The translations under genes and the position numbers were made by a program. Below, in pieces: positions 27,156 through 40,169 of a stretch of 64,000 nt of DNA. The first letter of the stretch is position 1; the number at the start of each line of letters is the position of its first letter. This stretch comes from Eledone cirrhosa (taxonomy: Eukaryota). The stretch covers positions 158,348,001 through 158,412,000 of the forward strand of contig OZ024743.1 in assembly GCA_964016885.1 (NCBI GenBank), given 5' to 3'. Under the pieces are notes generated by a model that saw only the letters and a list, made by a program, of their open reading frames with translations, did no database searches and was not told the origin of the DNA.

Positions 27156-27372
27156 ACACACACAGTTATATGTATATCACCATCATCATCAATATATATG
27201 TATATGTCTATATATATATGTATATATATATATATATAATAGGTATAAATTGAAATTGTAGCCACAGTTTAGCAGATTTTACAAAACTATTCTGATTTCC
27301 TGTGATTATATATGCCATATGGGTAAAATAAAATACTTGATAGAGAGGGAAAATATGAGATCGCCATAACTA

Positions 27373-27470
27373 CAGGGTGTCCCAAAAATGTATACACACT
27401 TTGATTACTTGTACAGGCAATATAAGAATGCTGTATACATTGTCTGTATACATTGTTTGGGGACATCCTG
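27373..27470. mobile_element. Tc1/mariner-type MITE
   Basis: TA-cagggtgtccca ... tggggacatcctg-TA. Confidence 0.75.
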
Positions 27471-28132
27471 TATATATGAATGTATAAATGCTACAATTAA
27501 CTTCTTTTATTACTAAACAGTAGAACATAGAAAAACTGGAACAGACTCTTTTGCTTCTGAAAATGAAAGAGTTATTATAGAGTAATATTAGTTCAACATT
27601 ATCAATTCAGTAAGATTTTATGATGTAAAATTACAAACATTTCTTTAGATAAACAGTAATTCAAAACCATAGAAACAGTATCTAGAAAAATCTGATTAGT
27701 AGTTCTTTCTTATTTTGCTATCATTTAAGATTTCCTCAATCTATTGAGTTAATTGATGCTGTTGTTTAGTCCAAAGTTATCCCTAGACCTGCAAACCTAT
27801 GCTCAAAGGCATTCCAATTGTGACCATCCTGCTTTCTGTAATAGGCTTTGACTGGGCTGCTATTTCTTGCAGATCAATCAACCTCATAAAAGACTCCCCA
27901 CTGGCATATTGTGTGTTAATTAGTGTTGTTATCGGCCTTCTGTTATATCATGACCCCTGCAAATATCTAATTGAATGCTTTAATATAAATTCTAGTATTT
28001 TAGGATACTAGAGGTAGATGATCTATCTCTACCTACATTTATTAGCTAGATATAATTCAGTAAAAACCTATACATTTAGAAATGTTATTATGACTTGATG
28101 AAAAAATATTTTTTTTAATATCCCTGGCAAAT

Positions 28133-28710
28133 CTTCTTCTTCTTCTTCTTCTTCTTCTTCTTCTTCTTCTTCTTCTTCTTCTTCTTCTTCTTCTTCTTCT
28201 TCTTCTTCTTCTTCTTCTTCTTCTTCTCCTCCTCCTCACTTATTCCTGAGAGGGTTGTTGCAGCAGAGTCTTCAAACGCTCTAGCAAGTCCTGTCAGAAG
28301 CAACAGTTTCCAACTGATCTGGCAGGATCCCCGAGCAAGACCAGCTAATCCCAAGGATGTTATCCAACCATCTTGCTCAGGGTCTACTCCTGGGTTTCCT
28401 GTCTGTTGGTTTTGCCTGTAAATTCTGTCCAGCAATTCTTTCCTGAGACATTTTAACCACATGCACATAGTACCGGAGCTGTGATCTCTCAATTTGGAGA
28501 AGTAGTGGCTCTTCCTGGAGTGACTCTCCACGAGTGGATCTCCAAGCTATGCACTCTTTTGCGTAACATTACTCCAAAGACCCTTTCCATTTTAGCTGCT
28601 TGTATTCATGATTGTTTCTTTTAGTCATTACCCAAGATACATGACTATAAGTAAGGGTTGATACGAATACTGAATTGAAGACAGCAACTTTGGCTTTTAC
28701 ACCTACATCC
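28133..28710 (-). mobile_element. Expander-like RTE 3' end with (GAA)n tail
   Basis: (CTT)n 28133-28227 abutting cttattcctgag; sister copy at 45005-45500. Confidence 0.75.
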
Positions 28711-30026
28711 CTGGCAAGTCCTCTTAATGGTTGATATTTCATCATAAGTAAGCTAGTTAATTTTGGAAAAATTTGAACCCTAATCTAGATAACAGTCAAG
28801 TTAGATCATGTATTACAAGTAAAAGGTAAAGAGAGGAGTCGATCATCAGATTGGACCAATGAAACTATGTGTTCATTTTTCTTTCCATTGTTCATTCTAT
28901 CTAATACTATTCTAGTCACAACAGCTGACAGAAGGACATGGGATTTGAAATTAGTATGGACAAAGTTGGGTCAGATAGCACAAAACATCCTGTCCAACTC
29001 TTTAGCACCCTGGACTGGAACTTTATTTCTATTGAGCCCAAAAGGATGAAAGACAAAGTTGACTTTGGATCATACTTTTAAATCCATTATATCCAATTAA
29101 TGTGTGCATTATACTTTGGGTGTATAAGGTATCCCAAGGCAAGTTTTAGCCTACCTCAGCCATCACCCATACATCAGGGAATTTATAGCTGGAGTATTAG
29201 ACAACCTCCTATTTAGGTGGAAAAGTAAGGTTAAACGATTATCTTATATGACAGCATATATATATGTATGTGTATGTATGAATACATATGCGCGTTTGTG
29301 TGTATATGCAATATATATTGACATAAAACTGGGTGTATAAGATATATTGGTAGGTATTGAGGCAAAAGTTTAGCCCTAACATACCCCACAGTATTTAAGG
29401 TTCACATTTTCAAGCTAGAAGGATTTTTTTTTAAGGTTAGAAGGTTGTTTTATACAATAGCATATACAGTAAGTAGAATGATAATGTTTCTTTGGATTTT
29501 CAACTCATATTTCTTGAGTTTTCTTATTTCTAACTCTGAGAAGTTTATCTAAAGTAAGACATATTGGGTTATACTTTGTATCTTAAAGTGGTTCTGGAAG
29601 TTAGCAGAGATTAGTTTGAGAAAAGACTAACAACTACAGATATACAAAGAGAGATAATCTAATTGTTTATGTCATTCCATGTCATTTCATGTCATTCCAT
29701 GAGCCATCAATGATAATCGTTTTGTGTGGTCATTAAATAGACAATGTGAGCGATCTTTCCTCAGGTAAATTTTGACAGTAGTTGATTATAACTTTAACAT
29801 GTTTGTATCATCTTGCAGCACACTAATTAGGTGACAGAATGCTACTTAACTTTTAGTCCTATGACATGAACGTATGTTTTCAGTGTCAGTGTCATATGAT
29901 TTACAATGGAATCAGCTTCAAGATATTGCTAATATTTATCTGAGTCAACAAGAGAAAACTTACATGGTCGCTCAACCTGCTAATAATAGCAGCCACATTT
30001 TACTCAAATCACATTCTACTGTCTTA

Positions 30027-30235
30027 CCCCTTTAGCATTTACATTATTCTATATATTCTATTGTATGTTCATGGTATAGGCTTTATCTCACATAATATTG
30101 AATCTAAGAGATTTCGATATTATTTACTTTGAGAACAATACCTTGACATCAGTATAGGTGGCCAGTAATGGCCGGTTTAAACAGAAAGAGGTGAGAAAAT
30201 TTTGGCTTTATACAGATGGTTTAAATGCTAAAGGG
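30027..30235. mobile_element. piggyBac-like MITE
   Basis: ccctttagcattta ... taaatgctaaaggg TIRs, TTAA on right. Confidence 0.8.
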
Positions 30236-30669
30236 TTAAATAAAGAAAATAAAACACATTAGATAATCTAATTCTACATATCCCTAACAGCTATTAATTA
30301 TAGACTTGGAGCTAAACAACAACAGCTACAACAATTAGTATTTATTTTATTGACCTGTGAAGGAATAAGAACCAATGTCATTTGTGAAAGAATTTGATTC
30401 CAGACTGTATGGGTATGAGATAAAGAAATATTGTAGGGAATTTAGTATGGCATTCTATCATTTCTGCTAATTAGCTAATTGTGTTTGTTTGTATTTTTGG
30501 AACCAGTTGTATCTACTACACTTTTCCTACTGTACAATATCGGCCTCACCTACTATGCAACTAAAAATCCCAGTCACTACAAATCAGACACATTGCCAGT
30601 CTGTTACCCTTGCTTGAGTTTCATTAATTTTAGTGGGGATTCATATTTTTATTATAATAATATTTTAAT

Positions 30670-31030
30670 CACCATCATCATCATCGTCACGGTTTTTACA
30701 TCCATTTTTCCATGCTTGCATAGGTTGAACTGAACATGTCCTTTTCAGCACAGCATCTCTCCACTCTACACATTTCTTTGTCATGTCCTCTGTGAGTCTC
30801 AGCGATTTGAGGCCAGCTCTCACTACCTCTACCCAAGTCTTTCACGGTCTACCTCTGCTGCAGCTTTCTTCCACTGGCCTTTGCTGGCACTTCTTCACCC
30901 ATCAATCACCATCTGTGTGCATCCCATGTCCGTACCAATGCAGCCTTCTCTCCTGCACACCACCTCGGATTCCTCTTAAACCCAGCTTCTCCCTCAATTC
31001 ATCTAAGCTTTGCCTTTCTCTCATATTTAA
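30670..31030 (-). mobile_element. RTE 3' fragment
   Basis: (CAT)n tail, WYGHG, GRP*KTW on minus. Confidence 0.8.
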
Positions 31031-32510
31031 TATACATTATATATAAATAATTGGATGGGCTTACACTCTTTTTGGAATGGTTAAGCCACTCCTGGTCCTT
31101 CTTTGTAAGTAGCTATGCAATAAATGCAAAGTCTCACTATATGATAATCTTATATAACATTGTTAAAACTGCACTACAAAGACTATGCTTGTACTTTACA
31201 GCTAAAAATAATTGCATCCTGATCAACTGCTGATCATCCATGAGGCCCAAGTAAGACCCATACAGGAGTATTTCTGGAATACTTGAGATCATGTTGCTAC
31301 TACACACATAAATATCCTGAACAATTTCTATACTTGACAGCTTAGCAAAAATTCACACACAAACATACTTCTACCATTATCTCCAAACTAATTATCTCAG
31401 TATGTCTAAACTAATTAGCTGCATATGTCCATCCAACATGCCCATCTATTTCAGCTACTAAAATATCAGGGAACTTGGAGGTTGGGTGAGTAGCTCTGAT
31501 ACTGTTATCAAAACCAGAAAACTCAAGTATGGGCAGTATGCCATAAACTGCAGAAAATCTGGAAGTTAAGATTTAGAAGAGGAACAAAGATTAAGATTAC
31601 TATTGGTTCCCTATTCTTGTATAGCAGCAAGGATATAGACTCACAAAATGAGTAGAAAATTGTCTTGGTGTTTGTGAAGTGGCAGCAGCTCATAAAAAAT
31701 GAATGCCTGTACAAAAACCTCCCATCTAAATGGACATTGTGAATTGAGGAAGCACAGGGATTGGTCCTGTGGGATTCATGGCACAGATGAGGAAGCGTGG
31801 GGTGTGTCATATAACATACATTGACAACCTGAAGCAGAATATTGACCTGGAATCCACCCAAGAACTGTAGATAACAATGATGGACAGAGAAGTGTAGAAT
31901 GGGAACTTCTAGGGCTTAGCCTAGCCAAGAGCTTCGCCCAACTAACTTATTGTTTGGATGAACTTTATAATTGCAATGCAAATTTCTTAATCATTGGACC
32001 ATGTCTGCATCTACATATATTTCTTTGACAACCAGTGTGTTTGCCAATCTAGTTGATATGTAGTATTGAGGTTAAACCACTAAAGAAAGTGTAAAGCAGG
32101 GGAGATAAGTCTTCAAAGTTGGATGAGTTCAGATCGATTCAAAACAAGGCATGAAAACAGAAAAATGATATTCAAGAATATATTAATCACAGTTTAGTAC
32201 ACACAAACAAGGAGTTTAATAGAGTAGTTTACTAACCACATATTCTTGACTTTAATCTATTATATAAGTTTAAACTTTATAAACAATGTAGATAGTTGTG
32301 AAAATTATAGTTTTCAATGTTTGCCTCTGTTAATCTATTCTAAATTGAGATTTCAATAAAAGGCAATTACATTAATGGGCCTTATTATGTTTTTAAACAA
32401 AAGTTCATACAAAGCTTATTACCTGAATTTAAACCTATTACATAAGTTTAAACCTTATTATGAGTTTCAACATTATTGCATGAATTTAAGCCTTATTATT
32501 GTTATTTCCT

Positions 32511-32693
32511 GCGGTGGATTGGCAGTATCGGTAGAAGGTCGGACGCCATGCTTTCCAGCATAGTTACGTCCCTTTACGATCTGAGCTCAAATCCCGCCGA
32601 GGTTGACTTTGCCTTTCATCCTTACGGGGTCGATAAAATAAAGTACCAGTAATGCACTGGGTAATTGCTGGCCTTGTGCCTAAAGTAGAAACA
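32511..32693 (+). mobile_element. SINE family A, full length
   Basis: 16-bp TSD attattgttatttcct (32495-32510, 32694-32709). Confidence 0.95.
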
Positions 32694-32961
32694 ATTATTG
32701 TTATTTCCTTCAATAAAAACTCTGCTTGTCTCAGTTTGCCTAACTGAAAAACTTCCAGTCCTACATCATAGTTAATTTACAAATAACAGAAAGAACAATT
32801 GACTGTAAATACAATTGCTTAAATAAGATCTATCCAACTTAATTTCGTATAGAAAAATTGATGCAAATCAGCAAAAAACTGAAACAAAATAAAAATGATG
32901 TTATGCAAAACTTTTTCCTAATCCTTGCTCAGAAATCTTTCTTCTTTTTTTTTTTTTACAG

Positions 32962-33129
32962 GTTTGTGAAGATCTTTCTGGAGAGCTGTGCACTTTAAAA
33001 GCATCTTATGAAGAAAAAATGGAAAACCTTAACTTACTAGAGAGTAACACCTCTTTAGTTATTCAAGAACACCAACTGATTCAGAAGGAACGATGGAACC
33101 TTGAAGAAACAGTGAAACAGTTAAATGAG
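32962..33129 (+). CDS. Internal exon of host coiled-coil protein gene (VCEDLSGELCTLKASYEEKMENLNLLESNTSLVIQEHQLIQKERWNLEETVKQLNE)
   Basis: Long poly-T tract + acAG acceptor ending 32961, GAG|GTAATG donor at 33130, 168 nt open phase-0 frame, heptad-like E/K/L/Q-rich peptide, non-repeat sequence. Confidence 0.8.
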
Positions 33130-33684
33130 GTAATGGTGTTCACATTATATATTTACACTTAAGGGTAGTGGATTGGTAGAGTCGTTAGAGCATTAGAAAA
33201 AAAAGCTTTGCAGCATTTCCTTATGGCCCTTTACCTTCTGTGTTCAAATTCTACCATGGTCAACTTTGCTTTTCATCCTTCCAGAGTCAATAAAGTACCA
33301 GTAAAGTACTTTTTTCTTCCCCAAATTACTAGATTTGTGCCTAAATTACAAATCACACTTAAGCAAACACTAATAGAGAAAACAGCATATAGAGCACTAG
33401 ATGAAACAAAGTACATAATGTAGTCTCCTCAATTGATGGCAGCCATTTCCCATAACTTATGCTACAAACATCTTTAGGAAGGGCATGAACAGCAGGACTT
33501 GTCCTACAAAACATATGGTTATTATTCCTCATGGAAAGAAACCTCTATTTATTCATATCTTCTTTATTTTACATTGTCTATGCGTGCTCATATTTGCGTA
33601 TATCTATCTCTCTCTATATATATATACTGAAACAGAAAATAGACTTGATTCAGAGGCAGCTCACAATTTGGTGTTATTATTGCA

Positions 33685-33859
33685 TTGGCAGTATCGGTAG
33701 AGGGTCGGACGCCATGCTTTGCAGCATAGTTACGTCCCTTTACGGACTGAGTTCAAATCCCACCGAGGTTAACTTTGCCTTTCATCCTTACGGGGTCGAT
33801 AAAATAAAGTACCAGTAATGCACTGGGTAATTGCTGGCCTTGTGCCTAAAGTAGAAACA
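33685..33859 (+). mobile_element. SINE family A inserted into a fold-back palindrome
   Basis: 9-bp TSD attattgca (33676-33684, 33860-33868). Confidence 0.9.
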
Positions 33860-33987
33860 ATTATTGCAATGAACCAGGCAGTTCATCACAACAATAACAC
33901 CAAATTGTAGGCTATCTTCAAATGAAGTCTATTCTCTGTTTATGTTTGCTACAATTCTGTAATTGATTACCTAATCTTTGCAATTTA

Positions 33988-34059
33988 CACCTGATGATGT
34001 AATCAAAGTCTTACATCATGATTTGATGATGTAACCAGGTCATAGAAATACGTATTGTG
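33988..34059 (+). ncRNA. Hammerhead motif with extended stem II
   Basis: cac|CTGATGA|..ttacatcat..atgatgtaa..|GAAA|tacgt ATT|gtg; palindromic AATACGTATT. Confidence 0.55.
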
Positions 34060-34289
34060 ATATTGTGATTTTACAACATTAAAAGAATATTTGGAATATG
34101 GTCTTATGTTGTATTTTAAATATTTAACTCCATTTTTGCACCAGCTACCTGATAGTACATCTACGACGGTTGATTTGCATAACATTGAGTGTTTTATCCT
34201 ATTACATCAAGGTTTGCTAACCTGAATGACTAGATCTACCCATTAGTTAAGCCATCCAATATAAATGGTATATATATATATATGTGTGT

Positions 34290-34912
34290 GTCATCATCAT
34301 CATCATCATCACCGTTTTACGTCCGTTCTTCCACGCTAGCATGGGTTAGACGGGTTGTCCTGTTGTGGGCAGTGTCTGGTCGGCTGACCATGCCATGCTC
34401 ATACAGGAACTGATTTGGCTTGATTTCTACAGCTGGATGCCCTTCCTAACACCAACCTCATTTACAGTGAGTGCTGGGTACTTTTTCGTGGTGCCTACAT
34501 GTCCACTTTACAGTGTGGGCTGGGTGCTTTTTTGCCGTGGCACCTCCACGACCACCTTGCGGTGGGGGGTGTGGGGGCATATTGTCTATATGCTTCAGCT
34601 TGTACCCATGGGAGGTCGGGTACTCTGTATTACTGCGTGACGCCAGAGGTCACGGGCATGTGTCATTGCCTTTGAGAGGTGTAATTGGGTAAGGTCGACT
34701 TTTATCACCTCATCCCAGGTCATCTTGGGTCTCCCCACTCCGTGGTTTCCATCGACTTCTAGTGCTCTGCACCTTTTTATGCAGCTGTCATCCTTCATAC
34801 GCATCACATGTCCATACCAGCGCAACCGCCTCTACTGCCCACAGCATTTGATTCCTCTTATGCTCAGTCTCTCTCTCAATTCATTTATGCTTTGTCGTTC
34901 ACGTATATTACT
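34290..34912 (-). mobile_element. RTE 3' fragment
   Basis: RWYGHVMRM, GRPKMTW, (CAT)n tail. Confidence 0.9.
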
Positions 34913-35709
34913 ATGTATCTATATATACAACATAGCTTAACTAATGCCAGGGGATAAAAACTAGAGAAACCAATATTACTATCCTGATATTATCTTTGGG
35001 TACTTTTTAAATATTTTTTTCTCCTTGCTTTTGATTTTTGTTTGTTTATTTTTTTTAGTTTTGTTCTTTAATATTTATTTTTTAATAACTTCTTGAGTTT
35101 TATGGTTGTTGATGTTTTCTATTGTTAAAGAAGAACATATTATGGACTATATCTCTCTGTGAGTGTGTGTGTATCTGTGTATGTGTGTGTGTGTGTGTGT
35201 GCATGTTTCTGTATGTGTACATGTGTTTCTATTTGTGTGTGCATATGTGCCTATCTGTCTGAGCATATATATGTATGTGCAGATGTTTGTGTATGTGTGC
35301 ACATTTGCATATATAAGTGTCTGAATATATATGTGTGTCTGTATATCAGCATATGTGTATATATATATATATATAAATGTAAACATAATTAGAAGTGAGC
35401 ATGTGAATATGTAGAAGTATGGGTGTATTCGTGTATGTGTATATATGCATATTTGAATATGGTGTGTGTGTCTGTTTGTGTGTGTGTTTCCTTCCTAGCA
35501 TAGATTGATGTTTAGCTTCAAGTCATCCCTGATAGAGCAGACCTGATATTTCTGTTGTAACCATCCCATAATTTATTCCTATATAGTATTTCAATGATTA
35601 CAGTATCCAATGTATATTTCAAACAGAAGAAAATTATCGATAACTTGGTCTCGATACTCAACCAACTATCATTGTCTTTTGCATGGGTTAACAAGGGATG
35701 CATTCAGGC

Positions 35710-35930
35710 CTTAGGTAGAAAATATATTGCAGTCCCTATTCCCTGGCGTAAAAACTGGTGATAGGCCTGCAACTTGCCTGGGAGGCATGGGGTAGATGCA
35801 CAAATATTGCACATCCTGAAACCCCAAAGAGAGTTCAGAAGGGAGCAAAACTTGACGATTGGAACCTGGAACATCACAACCCGTAAAGGTAAGGAGCAGG
35901 AACTAGTGGAGGAGGCTAGATGTTATATCT
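35710..35930 (+). mobile_element. RTE 5' fragment (APE start)
   Basis: LTIGTWNITTRKGKEQELVEEARCY. Confidence 0.7.
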
Positions 35931-37267
35931 CAATACATAATGTATGAAGGATCTATTTTGATAATGCAGTCCTAGATACACTATGAATCAAATACTGAAT
36001 GTTATGGCTGGAGTACCGTCCGTCGATCATGTCTGCAGGATTGTGACTGCATTGTAGATTACAAAAATAGGGAGAGCGATACAGAGAAAGAAACATAGTG
36101 TTCTCTTTTTTTCCCCCAGGGCAATATAATTTCCAATAGCCACTTATTTTGCGTATCTGTAGATATATGGTATTCTGCAGTTGTCTGTATATTATTGAAC
36201 AGCCATCCAGGCCACCATACTTACATCAGCCTACAGTTGAATATACCAAACTTATTTTATCAACCGCAGCTTGATGAAAGACAAAGGCAACATCGACGAT
36301 ATTTGAACTTTGAATGGAAAAGGCTGTAATTAAATATAGAAGGCATTTTTATGCGATGCTTTGCTAATCTTGCAAATCCCTTACCTTTAGTGATATGCCC
36401 TTTTGAGAATACATTTAATGTTACATGTAGATAAAGCATATTAACCAGAACAGAGTATAGGAGCAGGGGAAAATAAATCCAGGGTACTTTTTGCATACTA
36501 AATATAATTACGATCGGGTCTTACATATGTAAGTTGAAAAACTTCGATAAAATGAGATTATCTGAACATTTGGTCTGCAAATATTCATATTGGTGTTTAA
36601 AATTTAAAACAACAATGGAGATAACACGAATAAGATTTGTTGAACGAAATTTTTGGCAAATGCAACTTTTCTACAGTAAAATCCTTCAACTTCTTGTTCT
36701 TGGGTCTACAGCTAAATTGAGAGTCCAGTTAATGATTTTTTTACACTACAACATGTGTATACTGTATATAAATTTGATTGAGGAAATATTCTCACTTTCG
36801 TAGTAACGTCGTGAAAGGGTCGATAACTCTAGTTTATGAGAGTTACTTCCCTTGCATCTAAGTACATATTTACTTCAAAAATTAATTCAGAGGATTGTTC
36901 TGTATATTAAATATATATATTTATTTATTTCATCAAATTATATGTCCGTGTAGGGTTAGTAAGCTATGACCGAGTAAGGGAAGTATCTAGTAATTCTTAC
37001 TGTTGAGAAACGAAAAAATAAGAGATACAGAAATAAGTGAATATAAAAATAAAAATTAAATTCAAAAATAATTTAAATAGGGAAGGCCAACTGAAGTCAA
37101 AATAACAATAAAAAAAATAAAACAAAAATAGGAAGCAAGGGAAGCTGTAAAGCAGCTAGAAGATTCTGTTGTTGATTCTTTTCAAAATCTCCATGTACTC
37201 AAAGATTTTCTTTATAGTTGGTAGATCCTTTACAATATATTGTATCTCTAATCTTGGTACTTTTTAA

Positions 37268-39900
37268 TAATGGAAATTATTGTGCACTACATCTCATCAA
37301 AGGTGCATGTATAGTACATAGAATAATGTAAAAAGGTTAGGAAAGTGAACAATGTATGAGTCATGATACACACACACTCACTCACACACACACATGCTTG
37401 CTTGCGTGTGTATGGAGGAAGAATATTAGGTGTAGTGATGGTGAATTTCAAGAAGCACTGAAGTTTTGAAGGCTGCAGTGTCCTGACAGCTAACAACTGA
37501 TACAAGTAGTTTGTTCCATGCTTCAGCAACTCTGAGCATGAAAAAATGTTTCTGAAAGTCATGGGAGCTGTACTGCTTTCTGATTTTGTAAGCATGTCCA
37601 TGGGTGTTAGACATGGAATTCCAAAAGGTGCTCAGGGTTGTTGTTGGAAAGATGCTTAATAATCTTGTGGGTGACTACCAAGTCAGTTGCCAGATGTTGG
37701 AACAAGGTGTTTGGTGTATGGTAGATGCCTGGGTGGGAGGTATTTGCTTAGCTGCAGGCCTCTAAACAGTTTTCAGGAGATGAATATTCTGAGCAAGATA
37801 GGAGTTCCAGACTGCTGATGCAAATTCTAAGTGTGGATGCACCAAAGCTATATACAGCATTAAATAGATAGCTGGAGAGCTGTTGATAAAGGTCTTACTG
37901 AATGATGCAAAGACACCCTTGGTCTTCTTGACAATTTTAGAGATGTGCTTTATCCAATGCAAATGACTGTTGACAATAATGCCCAGGTCACGTTCACAAG
38001 AAGTCTTCTTGAGAGTGGTGTTGTAGACGGTGTATGTGAAAGCTGAGTTTTTCCTCCCAAAATTCATGGTGGTGCACTTTTCCACAGCTAGCTTGAGTTG
38101 CCCGTCTGTAATCCATTGCTGCAGTGTGTCCAGGTCTGATTCAGGAAAGATCTATAGCATACAGGATCTGTACTTTTCATCTCAAGGTACAGCTTGACAT
38201 CATCTGCATATTTCAGCACTGTGGCATTCTTCAAGTTGGCATATATGTCATTAATATATACAACAAACAAAAGGGAACCAAGAACAGATCCCTGTAGTAC
38301 ACCAGATGTTATCTCATATGGTGAAGAATGCTGTCCAAGAACCGGGACTACCTCTTTTCGACTGAGAATGAAGGACTTCAACCAGTTATAAAGATCATCT
38401 CTCACACTCATTGCAGAGAGTTTGCCATAAAGTCTTTTGTGTGTCACAGAATTAAAAGCTTTAGCAAAGTCAAGATAAATAACATTGAGCCATGAGCTAC
38501 CATCAGTGATTTTGGGTAATGTCTGCAAGAGACTCGATGAGTTGACCACAGCAGCTGGAGTTAGGGATAAATCCAAACTGCAAGGGCCAGATAAGGCTAT
38601 GAGAGTTCCAAAAGTTCTAGAATGTCTCTTTGATACAGGACTCCATCAGTTTAGTGATGCACCTAGTAAGAGTGACTGGACGATAATTGACAGGCGATGT
38701 GCGATCACCCTTTTTTAAATAGAGGAATGACACTGGCAGTTTTCCACTGCTCTGGGGTAACACCGTTGTTAAGGCAAAATTGGAAGAAGAGTGAAAGCTA
38801 GTGTGGAAGAAAGTACCCACCACGTTTGAGAAGCAGGTATGTAACACCATCAAGACCAGGAGAGGCATAGTTGCACTTATTCCTAAGGTGGTGTTGCAGC
38901 ATTACCAGTGTAAATTCCACAGTTGCTATGGAATTTGATGTCAGAAGTGCCTGACATCAAAAATGCCTGCATAGCATTCAGCCAATAAGTTCTGCATATT
39001 CTTTCGGATCATCAGTAATCCAGCCTGAATGGGGATTGTGAAGAGGACCAACTGCAGAGTGAGGTCTCTGCTTTGAATGTACATATTTCAAGAACACTTT
39101 GCTGCCAGGGTTGGTTGCTATATGCTGATCATTTTCAAATACTGCCTTTTTTGCCATCAGCTTGAGATGGTTAGATGATCTATTGTGCTTTTTCTATTAA
39201 TCTCTGATCTATGTAGTCTGTATTCCAGTTCAGTATCACAACGTTCTTTCCTGGCAAGTCGGACTGCTGCAATCTCCCAGCTTGCACTTTTGGGATGTTT
39301 TTTGTGCTTACATGGTACTGATGCTGCACATGCTGTCCATATTGAATTCAGAATGTTCTGAAGTGTAGTATTCACATCTCCAGAGTCGTAAAATTCAAGC
39401 CAGTTTAGGTGCTGTAGCTCAGTGGTGTAAGAATTCCAGATCCAAAGTATTGTTGGGGAGGTGGCTACTTGAGACCAGTTTGGATCCAGAGTGATTAAAG
39501 TCACCTGCAATGAAGGCATAAGTAGCTGTTTTCCTAGCAGCAACTCTGAGGATCTCAAAAAGCTGTGTGTATTGATGGTAATGGGGGGGGGGGCAACCCC
39601 AAGTAGAAGTGTTGACATGGTCTTACGTATATCGCAGGAAAATACTTCTTGTGATTGGTTCAAATCATTGCAAAGAATTGCTGAAAAGTTTGAATGAATG
39701 ATGACCATCACACCACCACCACCATAATTAATGCAGTCTTTGTGAAACAAGTTGTAACCAGCTATGCTAAAAACACTATCACAGAGTAAAGAATGCACCC
39801 ATGTTTCTGTGACTGCAATGAAATCAGGGTTGATACTTTTGACGTAATAATCAAAAAGATGGATCTTGTTGCCTAAACTACAAGCATTTAAGGACAATAA
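37268..39900 (-). mobile_element. CR1 LINE, near-complete ORF2, degenerate
   Basis: SLNACSL..IAVTETW..GGGV (APE), YLDFAKAF, QGSVLG, YADDVKLY, same 3' UTR as other CR1 copies. Confidence 0.9.
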
Positions 39901-40169
39901 TTTGTATCTGGATTTCAGCTTATGATGGTATATAGGGGATGGCAGGTTGTTCTTGGTTAGTTTCCCACAGCTTTTGCATTGCCAGCTATTTTGGGTACAA
40001 TATGCTCAGACCAGCTGATATCCATTTTCCATGTCTCACCAGACTTAACAAATTTCCATATCTGCCATCGTTGCATAGGTTAAAATGATCAGCTTCAAGC
40101 TGTCCTCACTCTCAGACTGATAACTTTTACACTGGAACAAATAGTGCCAAAGAGTTTCTTGGAAGTCAC

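Noticed and set aside
29884-29970. Possible exon SVSYDLQWNQLQDIANIYLSQQEKTY
   Set aside because: No convincing donor; runs into SINE-like sequence
32962-33129. Naming the host gene (loose resemblance to IQCD/DRC10 or IFT81)
   Set aside because: Generic coiled-coil similarity; needs a database search
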